A stretch of DNA of 63,925 nt, the filler included, from an uncultured Acidimicrobiia bacterium (GTDB lineage: Bacteria > Actinomycetota > Acidimicrobiia > Spongiisociales > JAOTWH01), in the NCBI GenBank assembly GCA_964347285.1. It is 6 parts of 6 records of this genome, joined end to end, with 100 filler letters (N's around TTAATTAATTAA, not from the genome) between each part and the next. Parts side by side here need not be neighbours in the genome. Positions count along the whole stretch, not along the records: positions 25,254 to 37,231 come from CAYFYE010000078.1; positions 37,332 to 49,297 come from CAYFYE010000079.1; 4 more parts are not named here. One strand, given 5' to 3'. Numbering within the stretch: position 1 is the first letter of the stretch; each line of letters opens with the position of its first letter. A program made the translations under genes and the position numbers. The notes beneath the pieces were generated by a model. It worked only from the letters and a program-made list of their open reading frames with translations. It was not told the DNA's origin and ran no database searches. Of this stretch, positions 29,829-38,647 are shown piece by piece.

Positions 29829-30526
29829 GGGACAGGGGCAACGAGGAGCTCCGACCAATTCGCATCGAGCGGGGCTACACCGAGATGACACCCGGCTCGG
29901 TGCTCATGACGATGGGCCGGACCATCGTCCTGTGCACGGTGTCATTCGAACCCGACGTGCCGCCCTGGCTGCGAGGAGGCGGGGCCGGCTGGGTGACGGC
30001 CGAGTACGCCATGCTGCCGGGATCCAGCAGGGAGCGGATCTCGAGGGGATCGATATCGGGTGGGCGCACCAAGGAGATTCAGCGGCTGATCGGGCGATCG
30101 CTGCGGGCCGTCGTCGACCTGGAGGCGATGGGGGAGACCTCGATGCGGGTCGACTGCGACGTGCTGCAAGCCGATGGGGGCACCCGGACCGCGGCGATCA
30201 CCGGGTCCTGGGTGGCCCTCCACGATGCGTTCGAGTGGGCGACGGCCGACAAGAAGGTGCCCAAGAACCCCATCGTCGATCATTGCGCAGCCGTGAGCGT
30301 CGGAATCGTCGCCGGCGAGGTCCTGCTCGATATGTCCTATGAGGAAGACGTCGGGGCCGAGGTCGACGCCAACGTGGTGATGACCGGCTCCGGCGATCTC
30401 ATCGAAGTGCAGGGCACGGCCGAGGGCGTCCCCTTCTCCCGTGACCGTCTTGACGAGATGCTCGACGCGGCCGCCAAGGGCATCGGGGAGTTGGTTCGGA
30501 TCCAGGCCGAGGCGGTGGGGTCCTGA
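29825..30526 (+). CDS. rph: Ribonuclease PH
   Basis: GWVTAEYAMLP, GRTKEIQRLIGRSLR, DCDVLQADGGTRTA, IEVQGTAEG. Confidence 0.97.
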   Translation: MRDRGNEELRPIRIERGYTEMTPGSVLMTMGRTIVLCTVSFEPDVPPWLRGGGAGWVTAEYAMLPGSSRERISRGSISGGRTKEIQRLIGRSLRAVVDLEAMGETSMRVDCDVLQADGGTRTAAITGSWVALHDAFEWATADKKVPKNPIVDHCAAVSVGIVAGEVLLDMSYEEDVGAEVDANVVMTGSGDLIEVQGTAEGVPFSRDRLDEMLDAAAKGIGELVRIQAEAVGS

Positions 30527-31116
30527 AGCTTGACCGGCTGGTCGTCGCCTCCTGCAACCCGGACAAGGTACGGGAAGTGGAAGAGGTCCTGGCCTTGCTC
30601 CCCGGGTCGGTGGAGATCGTGCGCGGCCTTGACTGGCCGGAGGTCCCCGAAACCGAGGAGACGCTTGAGGGGAACGCGCTTCTGAAGGCTCGAGCCGTCG
30701 CGGTGGCCACCGGTCTGCCTGCGCTCAGCGACGACACCGGGCTCGAGGTCGACGCTCTGGATGGTGAGCCCGGGGTGCATACGTCCCGGTTCGCCGGACC
30801 GGACGCGACCTATGGGGAGAACGTGGCCAAGTTGCTGGAAGTCCTCGACGGCGTCGAAGACCGTTCGGCGCGGTTCCGGACCGTGGTGGCCCTGGTGGTA
30901 CCGGGCGGTGGAGAGGTGGTGGCCGAGGGGGTGCTGGAAGGAGCCATTGCCGCCGCGCCGCGCGGCGAGGGTGGGTTCGGATACGACCCGGTGTTCGAGG
31001 TCGAGGCGGGGCGGACGCTCGCCCAGCTGACACCGGAGCAGAAGCACGAGGTCAGCCACCGGGCCCGGGCGCTGCGGGCGCTGGCCGCCAAGCTGGGGAG
31101 CGGACCGGTCGGGTAG
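30523..31116 (+). CDS. rdgB: Non-canonical purine NTP pyrophosphatase (HAM1/RdgB)
   Basis: LVVASCNPDKVRE N-terminal motif, ETLEGNALLKA, DDTGLEV, GFGYDPVF, SHRARA; likely CTG start overlapping the rph stop. Confidence 0.92.
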   Translation: MKLDRLVVASCNPDKVREVEEVLALLPGSVEIVRGLDWPEVPETEETLEGNALLKARAVAVATGLPALSDDTGLEVDALDGEPGVHTSRFAGPDATYGENVAKLLEVLDGVEDRSARFRTVVALVVPGGGEVVAEGVLEGAIAAAPRGEGGFGYDPVFEVEAGRTLAQLTPEQKHEVSHRARALRALAAKLGSGPVG

Positions 31117-31146
31117 GGTCGGGCCGAGCCTGGAAAGGGAGGGGTG

Positions 31147-31533
31147 ATGGGACGTCCGGTGCACTTCGAGATCCCGGTAGACGAACCCGAGCGGGCCAAG
31201 CGCTTCTACGCCGCGGCCTTCGGCTGGGAGTTCCAGGAGTGGGAAGGTCCGATCGAGTATTGGCTCATCACGACCGGACCCGGCGACCAGCCCGGCATCG
31301 ACGGCGCGCTGGCCCGCAGGCGGGACGACTTCCGGACCCCGGTCATCATCATGGACGTCCGTTCGATCGACGAGGCCATCGCAAAAGTAGAGGCGTCGGG
31401 GGGTACGGTCACCATTCCCAAGACGCCGATCCCCGGCGTGGGTTACTCGGCCTACTGCCTTGACTCCGAGGGCAACGCCGTGGGGCTGTTCGAGAGCGAC
31501 GAATCGGTGCCGATGCCGGGGACCGACGGCTAG
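31147..31533 (+). CDS. VOC/glyoxalase-family protein
   Basis: VHFEIPVDEPERAKRFY, GVGYSAYCLDSEGNAVGL. Confidence 0.88.
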   Translation: MGRPVHFEIPVDEPERAKRFYAAAFGWEFQEWEGPIEYWLITTGPGDQPGIDGALARRRDDFRTPVIIMDVRSIDEAIAKVEASGGTVTIPKTPIPGVGYSAYCLDSEGNAVGLFESDESVPMPGTDG

Positions 31534-31559
31534 CCGGTCCTGCCGACCGGCACGCCCGG

Positions 31560-31644
31560 TGCGGGCGGAGGGACTCGAACCCCCAATGGGCCGAAGCCCA
31601 CCAGATCCTAAGTCTGGCGCCTATACCAGTTCGGCTACGCCCGC
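31560..31644 (-). tRNA. tRNA-Leu (UAG)
   Basis: GCGGGCG acceptor stem, anticodon arm CCAGA-CTTAGGA-TCTGG, long variable arm, GGTTCGAG T-loop. Confidence 0.95.
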
Positions 31645-31645
31645 G

Positions 31646-31719
31646 TGGGTCGCGTGGGACTTGAACCCACAACCTACGGATTAAGAGTCCGTTGCTCTGC
31701 CAAATTGAGCTAGCGACCC
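31646..31719 (-). tRNA. tRNA-Lys (CUU)
   Basis: GGGTCGC acceptor, anticodon arm ACGGA-CTCTTAA-TCCGT, GGTTCAAG T-loop. Confidence 0.95.
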
Positions 31720-31778
31720 ACCGACGAGGTTACCAGCAGGGCGCCTCGCGGCCTCACGGCCCCCGACCCTCGGGCGCC

Positions 31779-32852
31779 CTAGTTCTCGACGACACCCAGG
31801 GATCCGCCACCGGCGGGGTCGAAGAGATGGGCCCTGCCCACCCGAACCCCGAGGAGCGCTCCCGGCCGGGGCGGAGGCCCCTCGACGCGCATCTGCAGGA
31901 CCACCCCGTCGCCGAAGTCGAGATCGGCGAAGCCGCGGTCTCCCAGATTCTGCACCGCCCCCACCGCGGCTTGGGTGCCGTTGGGATCGGGGTGAACGTC
32001 CTCGGGGCGGACCCCGAGCCGGATGGGTCTGCCCACATATCGCTCGAGGGCGGCCGGCCAGGCCTTGAGGCGCAACCGCCCGGCCACCACCTGGAATCCG
32101 GGTCGGTCCCGCTCCACCCGGGCGTCGACGATCCGCATGGGAGGGGACCCCACCAGCCCGGCGACGACCTCCGACCCAGGGTTCCGATACAGGTCGAGCG
32201 GTGCCCCCATCTGCTCGAGCCGACCCTCCGCCAGCACGGCGATCCGATCGGCCAGGGCCATGGCCTCGGCCTGGTCGTTGGTCACGTACAGCGTGGTGAC
32301 GCCGTAGCCCTGCTGGAGGAGTCGCAGCTCGCGCCGCATGGCGACCCGCTGCGCCTGATCGAGCCGGGCGAGAGGCTCGTCCATGAGGAATACGTGGGGA
32401 ACCCGGACCATGGCTTTGGCCGCCTGCACCAGCTGCTGCTCGCCGGCGGCCAGCTCTCCCGGTTTGCGCTCCAGGATGTGGGAGATGGCCAGTACCCGGC
32501 TCTCGGCCTTCACGCGTCGATCGACCTCGGCGCGACTCACGTGCGCCACCTGCAACGGAAACGCCACGTTCCCTCGCGCCGTCAACATCGGGTACAAGGC
32601 GTTCTCCTGAAAGACCATCGCCGCGTTGCGTTGACTCGGCAACAGGTCGTTCACGCGGGCTTCGCCGATGAACACATCCCCGCTCGTCGGACGGTCGAGC
32701 CCGGCGACCACCCGCAAGACCGTGGACTTGCCGGCTCCGGTGGGGCCGAGAATGGCCAGCAGCTCGCCGTCCCGCACGTCGAGATCCAGGGCGCGCAACG
32801 CCGGGACGCCATCGAAGATGACGGTGATGCTCTCCAGGCGGACTGAGGCCAC
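31779..32852 (-). CDS. MsiK/MalK-type sugar ABC ATP-binding protein with degenerate motifs
   Basis: GPTGAGKST, VFQ, FLMDEP, TOBE-like C-terminus; signature LAAGE and switch VTND; GTG 32852 with SD GAGGGAG. Confidence 0.85.
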   Translation of the reverse strand: MASVRLESITVIFDGVPALRALDLDVRDGELLAILGPTGAGKSTVLRVVAGLDRPTSGDVFIGEARVNDLLPSQRNAAMVFQENALYPMLTARGNVAFPLQVAHVSRAEVDRRVKAESRVLAISHILERKPGELAAGEQQLVQAAKAMVRVPHVFLMDEPLARLDQAQRVAMRRELRLLQQGYGVTTLYVTNDQAEAMALADRIAVLAEGRLEQMGAPLDLYRNPGSEVVAGLVGSPPMRIVDARVERDRPGFQVVAGRLRLKAWPAALERYVGRPIRLGVRPEDVHPDPNGTQAAVGAVQNLGDRGFADLDFGDGVVLQMRVEGPPPRPGALLGVRVGRAHLFDPAGGGSLGVVEN

Positions 32853-32922
32853 GGCTCTCTCCCTCGGCCATCCTACGGCGGCGCCGTTGGGTTTGGTCCC
32901 GGGGTGCCACAATGGTCCGGCG

Positions 32923-32997
32923 CGGGCTGTGGCGCAGCTTGGTTAGCGCGCCTGCTTTGGGAGCAGGAGGTCGCCGGTTCAAATCCGGCCAGCCCGA
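32923..32997 (+). tRNA. tRNA-Pro (UGG)
   Basis: CGGGCTG acceptor, CCTGC-TTTGGGA-GCAGG anticodon arm, GGTTCAAAT; TG-C-CACAAT extended -10 at 32905-32913. Confidence 0.95.
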
Positions 32998-33079
32998 CCG
33001 AGTTCATCGGCTCTTCTCTGAGAGAGGACTGCTCTTCGCCTGCCCCGGATGGGGCGCCTCTACAATGCGGCGGCGGCTT

Positions 33080-33150
33080 GCGGGTGTAGCTCAGTGGTAG
33101 AGCTCCAGCCTTCCAAGCTGGCGGCGAGGGTTCGATTCCCTTCACCCGCT
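33080..33150 (+). tRNA. tRNA-Gly (UCC)
   Basis: GCGGGTG acceptor, CCAGC-CTTCCAA-GCTGG, GGTTCGATT; TACAAT -10 at 33061-33066. Confidence 0.95.
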
Positions 33151-33167
33151 CGACAGGGTGCGAGCTC

Positions 33168-33240
33168 GCCCCCGTAGCTCAGAGGACAGAGCAGGAGCCT
33201 TCTAAGCTCTTGGTCGGGGGTTCGAATCCTCCCGGGGGCA
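33168..33240 (+). tRNA. tRNA-Arg (UCU)
   Basis: GCCCCCG acceptor, GGAGC-CTTCTAA-GCTCT, GGTTCGAAT. Confidence 0.95.
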
Positions 33241-33274
33241 CTGGACCGGCCGGGCTTCCGGCGATCCAGAGCGT

Positions 33275-33349
33275 GGTGACCGTAGCTCAGTTGGTTAGAG
33301 CGCCGGGTTGTGGTCCCGGAGGTCGGGGGTTCGAGTCCCCTCGGTCACC
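33275..33349 (+). tRNA. tRNA-His (GUG)
   Basis: G-1 plus GTGACCG acceptor, CCGGG-TTGTGGT-CCCGG, C discriminator. Confidence 0.95.
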
Positions 33350-33396
33350 CCGAACGACGGGCGCCGAGGCGCGCCCGCCGACGCAGGAGCTGGGTT

Positions 33397-34752
33397 TTGG
33401 ACACGACACTCACTGAATCCGGGCCTTTCGAGCGCGTGCTGACCGTGCGTATCCCCGGCGCCGAGCTCACCCAAGCCGAAGACCGTGCCGCTCGCCGCCT
33501 GGCCGCCGATGTCAAGATCAAAGGGTTTAGGCCCGGTAAGGCCCCGCGCCGCCTCGTCGAGGCCGCCGTCGGCTCGGAACGTCTACGCACCGAGGCACTG
33601 GAGGACGTGCTTCCCGGGATCATCGACTCCGCCCTGAGCGAGGCCGAGTTGGTGCCGGCGACCATCCCCGCCCTGACCGACACCCGTGACTCCGGAGACG
33701 GCTTAGAGGTCGACATCAAGGTGACTCTCTGGCCCACGGTCGACAACCCTCCCGATGTTGCGGAGAGGCCCGTCGAGATCGAATCGATCGAGGTCACAGA
33801 TGAGGAGATCGGCGAGCAGATAGAGCGGCTGCGCCATCAGTTCGCCGAGCTGGAGGAGACCGTGCGACCGGCCGCCCAGGGCGACTACGTGCTCATCGAT
33901 ATCAACGCCATGCGGGGCGGTAGCCGTATCGAGGAGGCCTCGGCTTCCGACCTTCTTTACGAGGTAGGGTCCCGGTCGTTCATCCCCGGTCTCGACGAGC
34001 CTCTCGAGGGCGCGACGGCGGGCGACATTCGCAAGTTCGTAGCCGAGCTGCCGGCCGGATTCGGTGATCACGCCGGCCTCACCGCCGAGCTTCAGGTTCT
34101 AGTCAAGGGTGTGCGCTCCAAGAAGCTGCCCGAGGTCACCGATGAGTGGGTCACCGAGGTCTCTGAGTTCGGTTCGATGGACGAGCTCCGCACCAGCCTT
34201 GGCGCCGAGCTGGGTGAGCTCAAGAAGGCTGCCGGCCGTGCCGAGCTTCGCTCCAAGGTGATCGATGCGCTGCTCCAAGAGGTCGAACTCGAGTTGCCCG
34301 ACTCGCTGGTTGGTGCCGAGATGGAGAACCTCCTCCACTCCCTCCTTCACCGGCTGGAGTCGCAAGGAGTGGGCCTCGATTCCTACCTGCAAGCGGTTGG
34401 GCAGGACCAGGAGCAGCTGCTCGCCGATCTGCGCGCCCAGGCCACCAGGAACCTGAAGGTGCGGATCCTGCTCGACTCCGTTGCCGCAGCACGGGATATC
34501 GAGGTGGAGGCCGACGAGGTCGACGACGCCATCCACCGGCTGGCCGCCGCCGCCGACCGGCCGGTCGAAGAGGTTCGTCAGGCAATGGTGGAGCGTGATC
34601 AGGTGCAAGCGCTGGTCGGTGATATCCTTCGGCAGAAGGCCCTCGACGCAGTGGTCGAGAGCGCGGTTCCGGTGGATGCCAGCGGCAGTCCGGTGGTGCT
34701 CCTCCCCGAGGAGGCCACCGAAGAAGGTGGCTCGACGGAGGTGATGGAATGA
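33397..34752 (+). CDS. tig: Trigger factor
   Basis: [10 protein letters not shown] ribosome-binding motif, FKBP domain (FIPGLDE); TTG start after SD AGGAG. Confidence 0.95.
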   Translation: MDTTLTESGPFERVLTVRIPGAELTQAEDRAARRLAADVKIKGFRPGKAPRRLVEAAVGSERLRTEALEDVLPGIIDSALSEAELVPATIPALTDTRDSGDGLEVDIKVTLWPTVDNPPDVAERPVEIESIEVTDEEIGEQIERLRHQFAELEETVRPAAQGDYVLIDINAMRGGSRIEEASASDLLYEVGSRSFIPGLDEPLEGATAGDIRKFVAELPAGFGDHAGLTAELQVLVKGVRSKKLPEVTDEWVTEVSEFGSMDELRTSLGAELGELKKAAGRAELRSKVIDALLQEVELELPDSLVGAEMENLLHSLLHRLESQGVGLDSYLQAVGQDQEQLLADLRAQATRNLKVRILLDSVAAARDIEVEADEVDDAIHRLAAAADRPVEEVRQAMVERDQVQALVGDILRQKALDAVVESAVPVDASGSPVVLLPEEATEEGGSTEVME

Positions 34753-35375
34753 GCGAGATGGTGGACTACCTGGTACCGACGGTCGTAGAGCAGACGAGCC
34801 GGGGCGAACGGGCCTTCGACATCTACAGCCGCCTGCTGAAAGAGCGCATCATCTTCCTGGGCACGCCGATCGACGACACGGTGGCCAACCTCATCATGGC
34901 GCAGCTCCTCCACCTGGAGGGAGAGGAACCCGAGAAGGACATCGCCCTCTATATCAACTCGCCGGGCGGCATCATGACCTCGCTGATGGCGATCTACGAC
35001 ACGATGCACTTCATTCGGCCCGACGTGGCCACCTACTGCATGGGTCAGGCGGCTTCGGCAGCTGCAGTGTTGGTAGCGGCCGGCGCTGAGGGCAAGCGAT
35101 TTGCCCTGCCCCACTCACGGATCATGCTCCACCAGCCCCACATCGGCGGTCTCGAGGGCCAGGCCACCGACATCGAGATCCATGCCAAGGAGATCATCAG
35201 GGTCAAGGAGGAGATGAACCAGATCCTCGCCAAGCACACGGGCCAGAACATCGAGAAGATCCGTATCGACACCGATCGCGACTTTTGGATGACGGCCGTC
35301 GAAGCCAAGGCATACGGCGTCGTCGACACGGTGCTGGCCGGCCGGGAGCTGGCTGCGGTGGCGTCGGGGAGCTAG
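34749..35375 (+). CDS. clpP: ATP-dependent Clp protease proteolytic subunit
   Basis: [36 protein letters not shown]. Confidence 0.97.
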   Translation: MSEMVDYLVPTVVEQTSRGERAFDIYSRLLKERIIFLGTPIDDTVANLIMAQLLHLEGEEPEKDIALYINSPGGIMTSLMAIYDTMHFIRPDVATYCMGQAASAAAVLVAAGAEGKRFALPHSRIMLHQPHIGGLEGQATDIEIHAKEIIRVKEEMNQILAKHTGQNIEKIRIDTDRDFWMTAVEAKAYGVVDTVLAGRELAAVASGS

Positions 35376-35378
35376 CGG

Positions 35379-36647
35379 GTGGCCAAGCTCGAAGGCAGCG
35401 ATCTTCTCAAGTGCAGCTTCTGCGGCAAATCGCAGAAGCAGGTGAAGAAGCTCATTGCCGGCCCGGGCGTCTACATCTGTGACGAGTGCATCGATCTCTG
35501 CAACGAGATCATCGAAGAAGAGCTGGTGGAGACCGAGGAGGTCCCGTTCGCGGAGCTCCCCAAGCCCAACGAGATCTACGAGTTCCTCGATGACTACGTG
35601 GTCGGGCAGGATCAGGCCAAGAAGATCCTCGCGGTAGCGGTCTACAACCACTACAAGCGGGTGCGGGCCGGCCTGCGGGGCAAAGACGACATCGAACTCT
35701 CGAAGTCCAACATCCTCATCATCGGGCCCACCGGCTCAGGCAAGACCTTGCTTGCCCAGACGCTGGCCCGAATGCTCAATGTGCCATTCGCAATCGCCGA
35801 TGCCACCGCTCTGACCGAGGCCGGTTACGTTGGAGAGGATGTCGAAAACATCCTCCTCAAGCTCATTCAGGCGGCCGACTACGACGTGAAGAGGGCGGAG
35901 ACCGGGATCATCTATATCGATGAGATCGACAAGATCGCCCGCAAGGCCGAGAACCCCTCGATCACACGGGACGTTTCCGGGGAAGGCGTGCAGCAGGCGC
36001 TCCTCAAGATTCTGGAGGGCACCGTCGCCTCAGTCCCGCCCCAGGGCGGTCGCAAACATCCCCACCAGGAATTCATTCAGATCGACACCACGAACATGCT
36101 GTTCGTCTGTGGCGGCGCCTTTGCCGGACTCGAACAGGTCATCGACCACAGGATCGGCAAGCGTTCGGTCGGCTTCGACGCTGAGATCCACCCTCGCTCT
36201 GAGTATCGGTCCGGCGAGGTGCTCGCCGAGGTGCTTCCCGAGGACCTCATTCAGTACGGTCTCATCCCCGAGTTCGTGGGCCGCCTCCCGGTGGTCGCCA
36301 CAGTCGACGACCTGGACGAGGCCGCGCTGGTTCAAGTTCTACTTGAGCCTAAGAATGCGCTGACCAAGCAGTTCATCAAGTTTTTCGAGATGGACGGAGT
36401 CGAACTGGTGTTCACGGGCGACGCTCTCGACGCCGTCGCCGATCAGGCACGGCTACGGGGCACCGGTGCCCGCGGCTTGCGGGCCATCCTCGAGGAAGTT
36501 CTCCTCAACACGATGTACGAGCTCCCCTCGCGATCCGACATCGCCCAAGTGGTCATCGACGCCGAGGTGGTGCGGGAACGGATCAATCCCGCCCTCATTC
36601 CCATCCAGGAGCTGGGCGCAGAGCCTCCTCAGGAGCAGTCGGCTTGA
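35379..36647 (+). CDS. clpX: ATP-dependent Clp protease ATP-binding subunit
   Basis: CSFCGK zinc finger, [31 protein letters not shown]. Confidence 0.98.
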   Translation: MAKLEGSDLLKCSFCGKSQKQVKKLIAGPGVYICDECIDLCNEIIEEELVETEEVPFAELPKPNEIYEFLDDYVVGQDQAKKILAVAVYNHYKRVRAGLRGKDDIELSKSNILIIGPTGSGKTLLAQTLARMLNVPFAIADATALTEAGYVGEDVENILLKLIQAADYDVKRAETGIIYIDEIDKIARKAENPSITRDVSGEGVQQALLKILEGTVASVPPQGGRKHPHQEFIQIDTTNMLFVCGGAFAGLEQVIDHRIGKRSVGFDAEIHPRSEYRSGEVLAEVLPEDLIQYGLIPEFVGRLPVVATVDDLDEAALVQVLLEPKNALTKQFIKFFEMDGVELVFTGDALDAVADQARLRGTGARGLRAILEEVLLNTMYELPSRSDIAQVVIDAEVVRERINPALIPIQELGAEPPQEQSA

Positions 36648-36841
36648 GTCCGGGGCTCCGCCCCTCTCGGTAGCCGCCGCGACACCGATTACGCCGCCAG
36701 TCGGTTGGGGGGTCGCGAAAAACCCCGAAGTCGCGTTTCCGAGACGGGCCTGAAGTGGCCAAAAAAATGAAACAACACGCTGAGCGCGCCGCGACGACGG
36801 CACCGTATAGTGGACGGACCACACGGTTGGGCGGAGGGAAG

Positions 36842-37231
36842 ATGTCGATCACCCCACGGGCGTACGTGCGCCGCAAGCTCTCGATCCTCTGGGTGGTGGC
36901 TCTTCTTGCGTCCCTCACCAGTGGGCCGCTGCTCCCGAACGGGTTTGCCTACGGCACCAAAGACACGACCACCGGTCAACCCGACGTCGCGAGCGAAGAC
37001 GTCGCTGCGTCCGAAGCGCCTTCTGCTGAGGAGCCCACCGCCGAAGAGCCCCGCGTGGTCACCGAGGAAGAGTTGGCCGCCGCAGAGAGCGTTCCCGAAG
37101 AACCCGACCCCGAAGAACCTGCTCCAGAGAGCGTCCCCGAAGAACCCGCCCCCGAAGAGGGAGAACCCGCCCCCGAAGAAGGAGAACCCGCCCCCGAAGA
37201 AGGAGAAGCCGCCCCCGAAGAAGGAGAAGCC
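36842..37231 (+). CDS. Secreted protein with acidic Pro/Glu-rich repeats (5' part; cut by contig end)
   Basis: Signal-like RRKLSILWVVALLASL...AFA-type site (GFAYG), then EEPAPEEG repeats; TATAGT at 36806 and SD GGAGGG upstream. Confidence 0.65.
37142..37231 (+). repeat. 21-bp coding tandem repeat (GAACCCGCCCCCGAAGAAGGA; EPAPEEG), at least 4.3 copies
   Basis: Units start at 37142, 37163, 37184, 37205 and 37226 and run into the contig end. Confidence 0.9.
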
Positions 37232-37331
37232 NNNNNNNNNNNNNNNNNNNNNNNNNNNNNNNNNNNNNNNNNNNNTTAATTAATTAANNNNNNNNNNNNN
37301 NNNNNNNNNNNNNNNNNNNNNNNNNNNNNNN
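37232..37331. other. Artificial contig linker
   Basis: N run + TTAATTAATTAA + N run, 100 nt. Confidence 0.98.
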
Positions 37332-37879
37332 GAGCCGAGCTCAAGAGCCTCCTGAACAGCCTCGAAGCCACGACCCTTTACGTCACCCACGACCAGGTGG
37401 AGGCGCTCAGCATGGGGGACCGCATCGCCGTGATGAACCAGGGCGAGCTCCTTCAGGTGGGTGCTCCGCTGGAGATCTACGACAATCCCGCCTCCCACTT
37501 CATCGCCAGCTTCATCGGGAACCCCCCGATGAACTTCCTGGAGGCCGAGGTACTCGACGGAGGCCGGGGGGTGCGGGTTCACGACGTCGACCTGGCCCTG
37601 GCTCCCCGCGATCGCCGCTCGGGGTCGGTGCTCCTCGGCATCAGGGCGGAGTCGATCATCGTCCACACCGAAGAGCACGCCGGGAGCCTGCCCGCCAAGG
37701 TGATCGTGATGGAGCCCCTCGGCGACCACAACCTCCTGACCGTGGGGACCGTGGGAGATCAGCTGAAGGTGAGCACCCGTCCCGACTCCTTCTTCGACGG
37801 GGGCCAGGAGATATGGCTCGAATTCACCCCGGAGAGGGTGCGGTGGTTCGATCCCGAGTCCGGAGCGTCGATCCGCTGA
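37332..37879 (+). CDS. Sugar ABC transporter ATP-binding protein (3' part)
   Basis: TTLYVTHDQVEALSMGDRIAVM, FIASFIGNPPMN, TOBE domain. Confidence 0.9.
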
Positions 37880-37898
37880 AGCGGGCCCGCGGTCGGTT

Positions 37899-38627
37899 TC
37901 ATCCGGAGCGACAGAGGAAGAAGGAGAGGCCCTCGGTGTCGATGTCCAGGTCGCGTGCGTCGAAGACCTCCACGTCGCCGAGGCCGGCCTCGGCGAGGGC
38001 CGTGGTGACCTCGTGTTCCGAGAAGCAGCGCTGGGTCAGCGCCAGGTCCTCACGCCGCCACCGGTCACCATCCGGCGTCAGGATCGTGAAGTCCATGCGG
38101 CCGATCCCCTCGCCGGCGTCGAACTGTGATCGGGCCACGATCACCTCGTCGTCGCTCACGATCCCGAACGAGCCTTGCCAGCGGGACCGGAACCCCTCCT
38201 CCATGTTCAGGTCGAAGAGGAACGGAGCTGCCGGGGCAAGGACGTCCGAGACGCAGCGAAAGGCCCTCGTCAGGTCGGACGGCGTCATGAGGTGATTGAG
38301 GCTGTCGAAGGTCGATACCGCGGCATCGACCGGCCCGGGGAGAGTGAACGATCGGGCGTCGGCGACTACGAACTCGGATGCCGGCGCGTTCCGTCGGGCG
38401 TGGCCGATCATGGCCTCCGAACCGTCGATGCCGACGACTCGGTAGCCGCGATCGCCGAGGGCGGCGGCCAGTTGGCCGGTTCCACAGCACAGATCGAGCA
38501 GCACCGAGTTTTCGGCAAGATGTTCCAGGATCAGCCGGTCGAGGGCGGGTAGCACGCGAGTGGCCATCTCTCCCCAGTGCCGGTTGTAGGCGTCGGCGAA
38601 CGGGTCGTAGTCCGTGTACCGGTTCAC
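37899..38627 (-). CDS. Class I SAM-dependent methyltransferase
   Basis: YDPFADAYNRHW, LDLCCGTG, GIDGSEAM, STFDSLNH; real start GTG 38627 (the ORF track extends into the upstream gene). Confidence 0.88.
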   Translation of the reverse strand: MNRYTDYDPFADAYNRHWGEMATRVLPALDRLILEHLAENSVLLDLCCGTGQLAAALGDRGYRVVGIDGSEAMIGHARRNAPASEFVVADARSFTLPGPVDAAVSTFDSLNHLMTPSDLTRAFRCVSDVLAPAAPFLFDLNMEEGFRSRWQGSFGIVSDDEVIVARSQFDAGEGIGRMDFTILTPDGDRWRREDLALTQRCFSEHEVTTALAEAGLGDVEVFDARDLDIDTEGLSFFLCRSG

Positions 38628-38647
38628 CCGGCTTCCCGTCGGCCGGT

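Noticed and set aside
36648..36841. Possible riboswitch upstream of the acidic secreted protein
   Set aside because: Only a short GGGG...CCCC hairpin; the c-di-GMP-I/II core motifs are absent, and the likely -10 (TATAGT 36806) lies downstream of the structure.
37142..37231. Tandem repeats as a CRISPR array (also 60885-60952)
   Set aside because: Head-to-tail in-frame coding repeats with no spacers and no cas genes.
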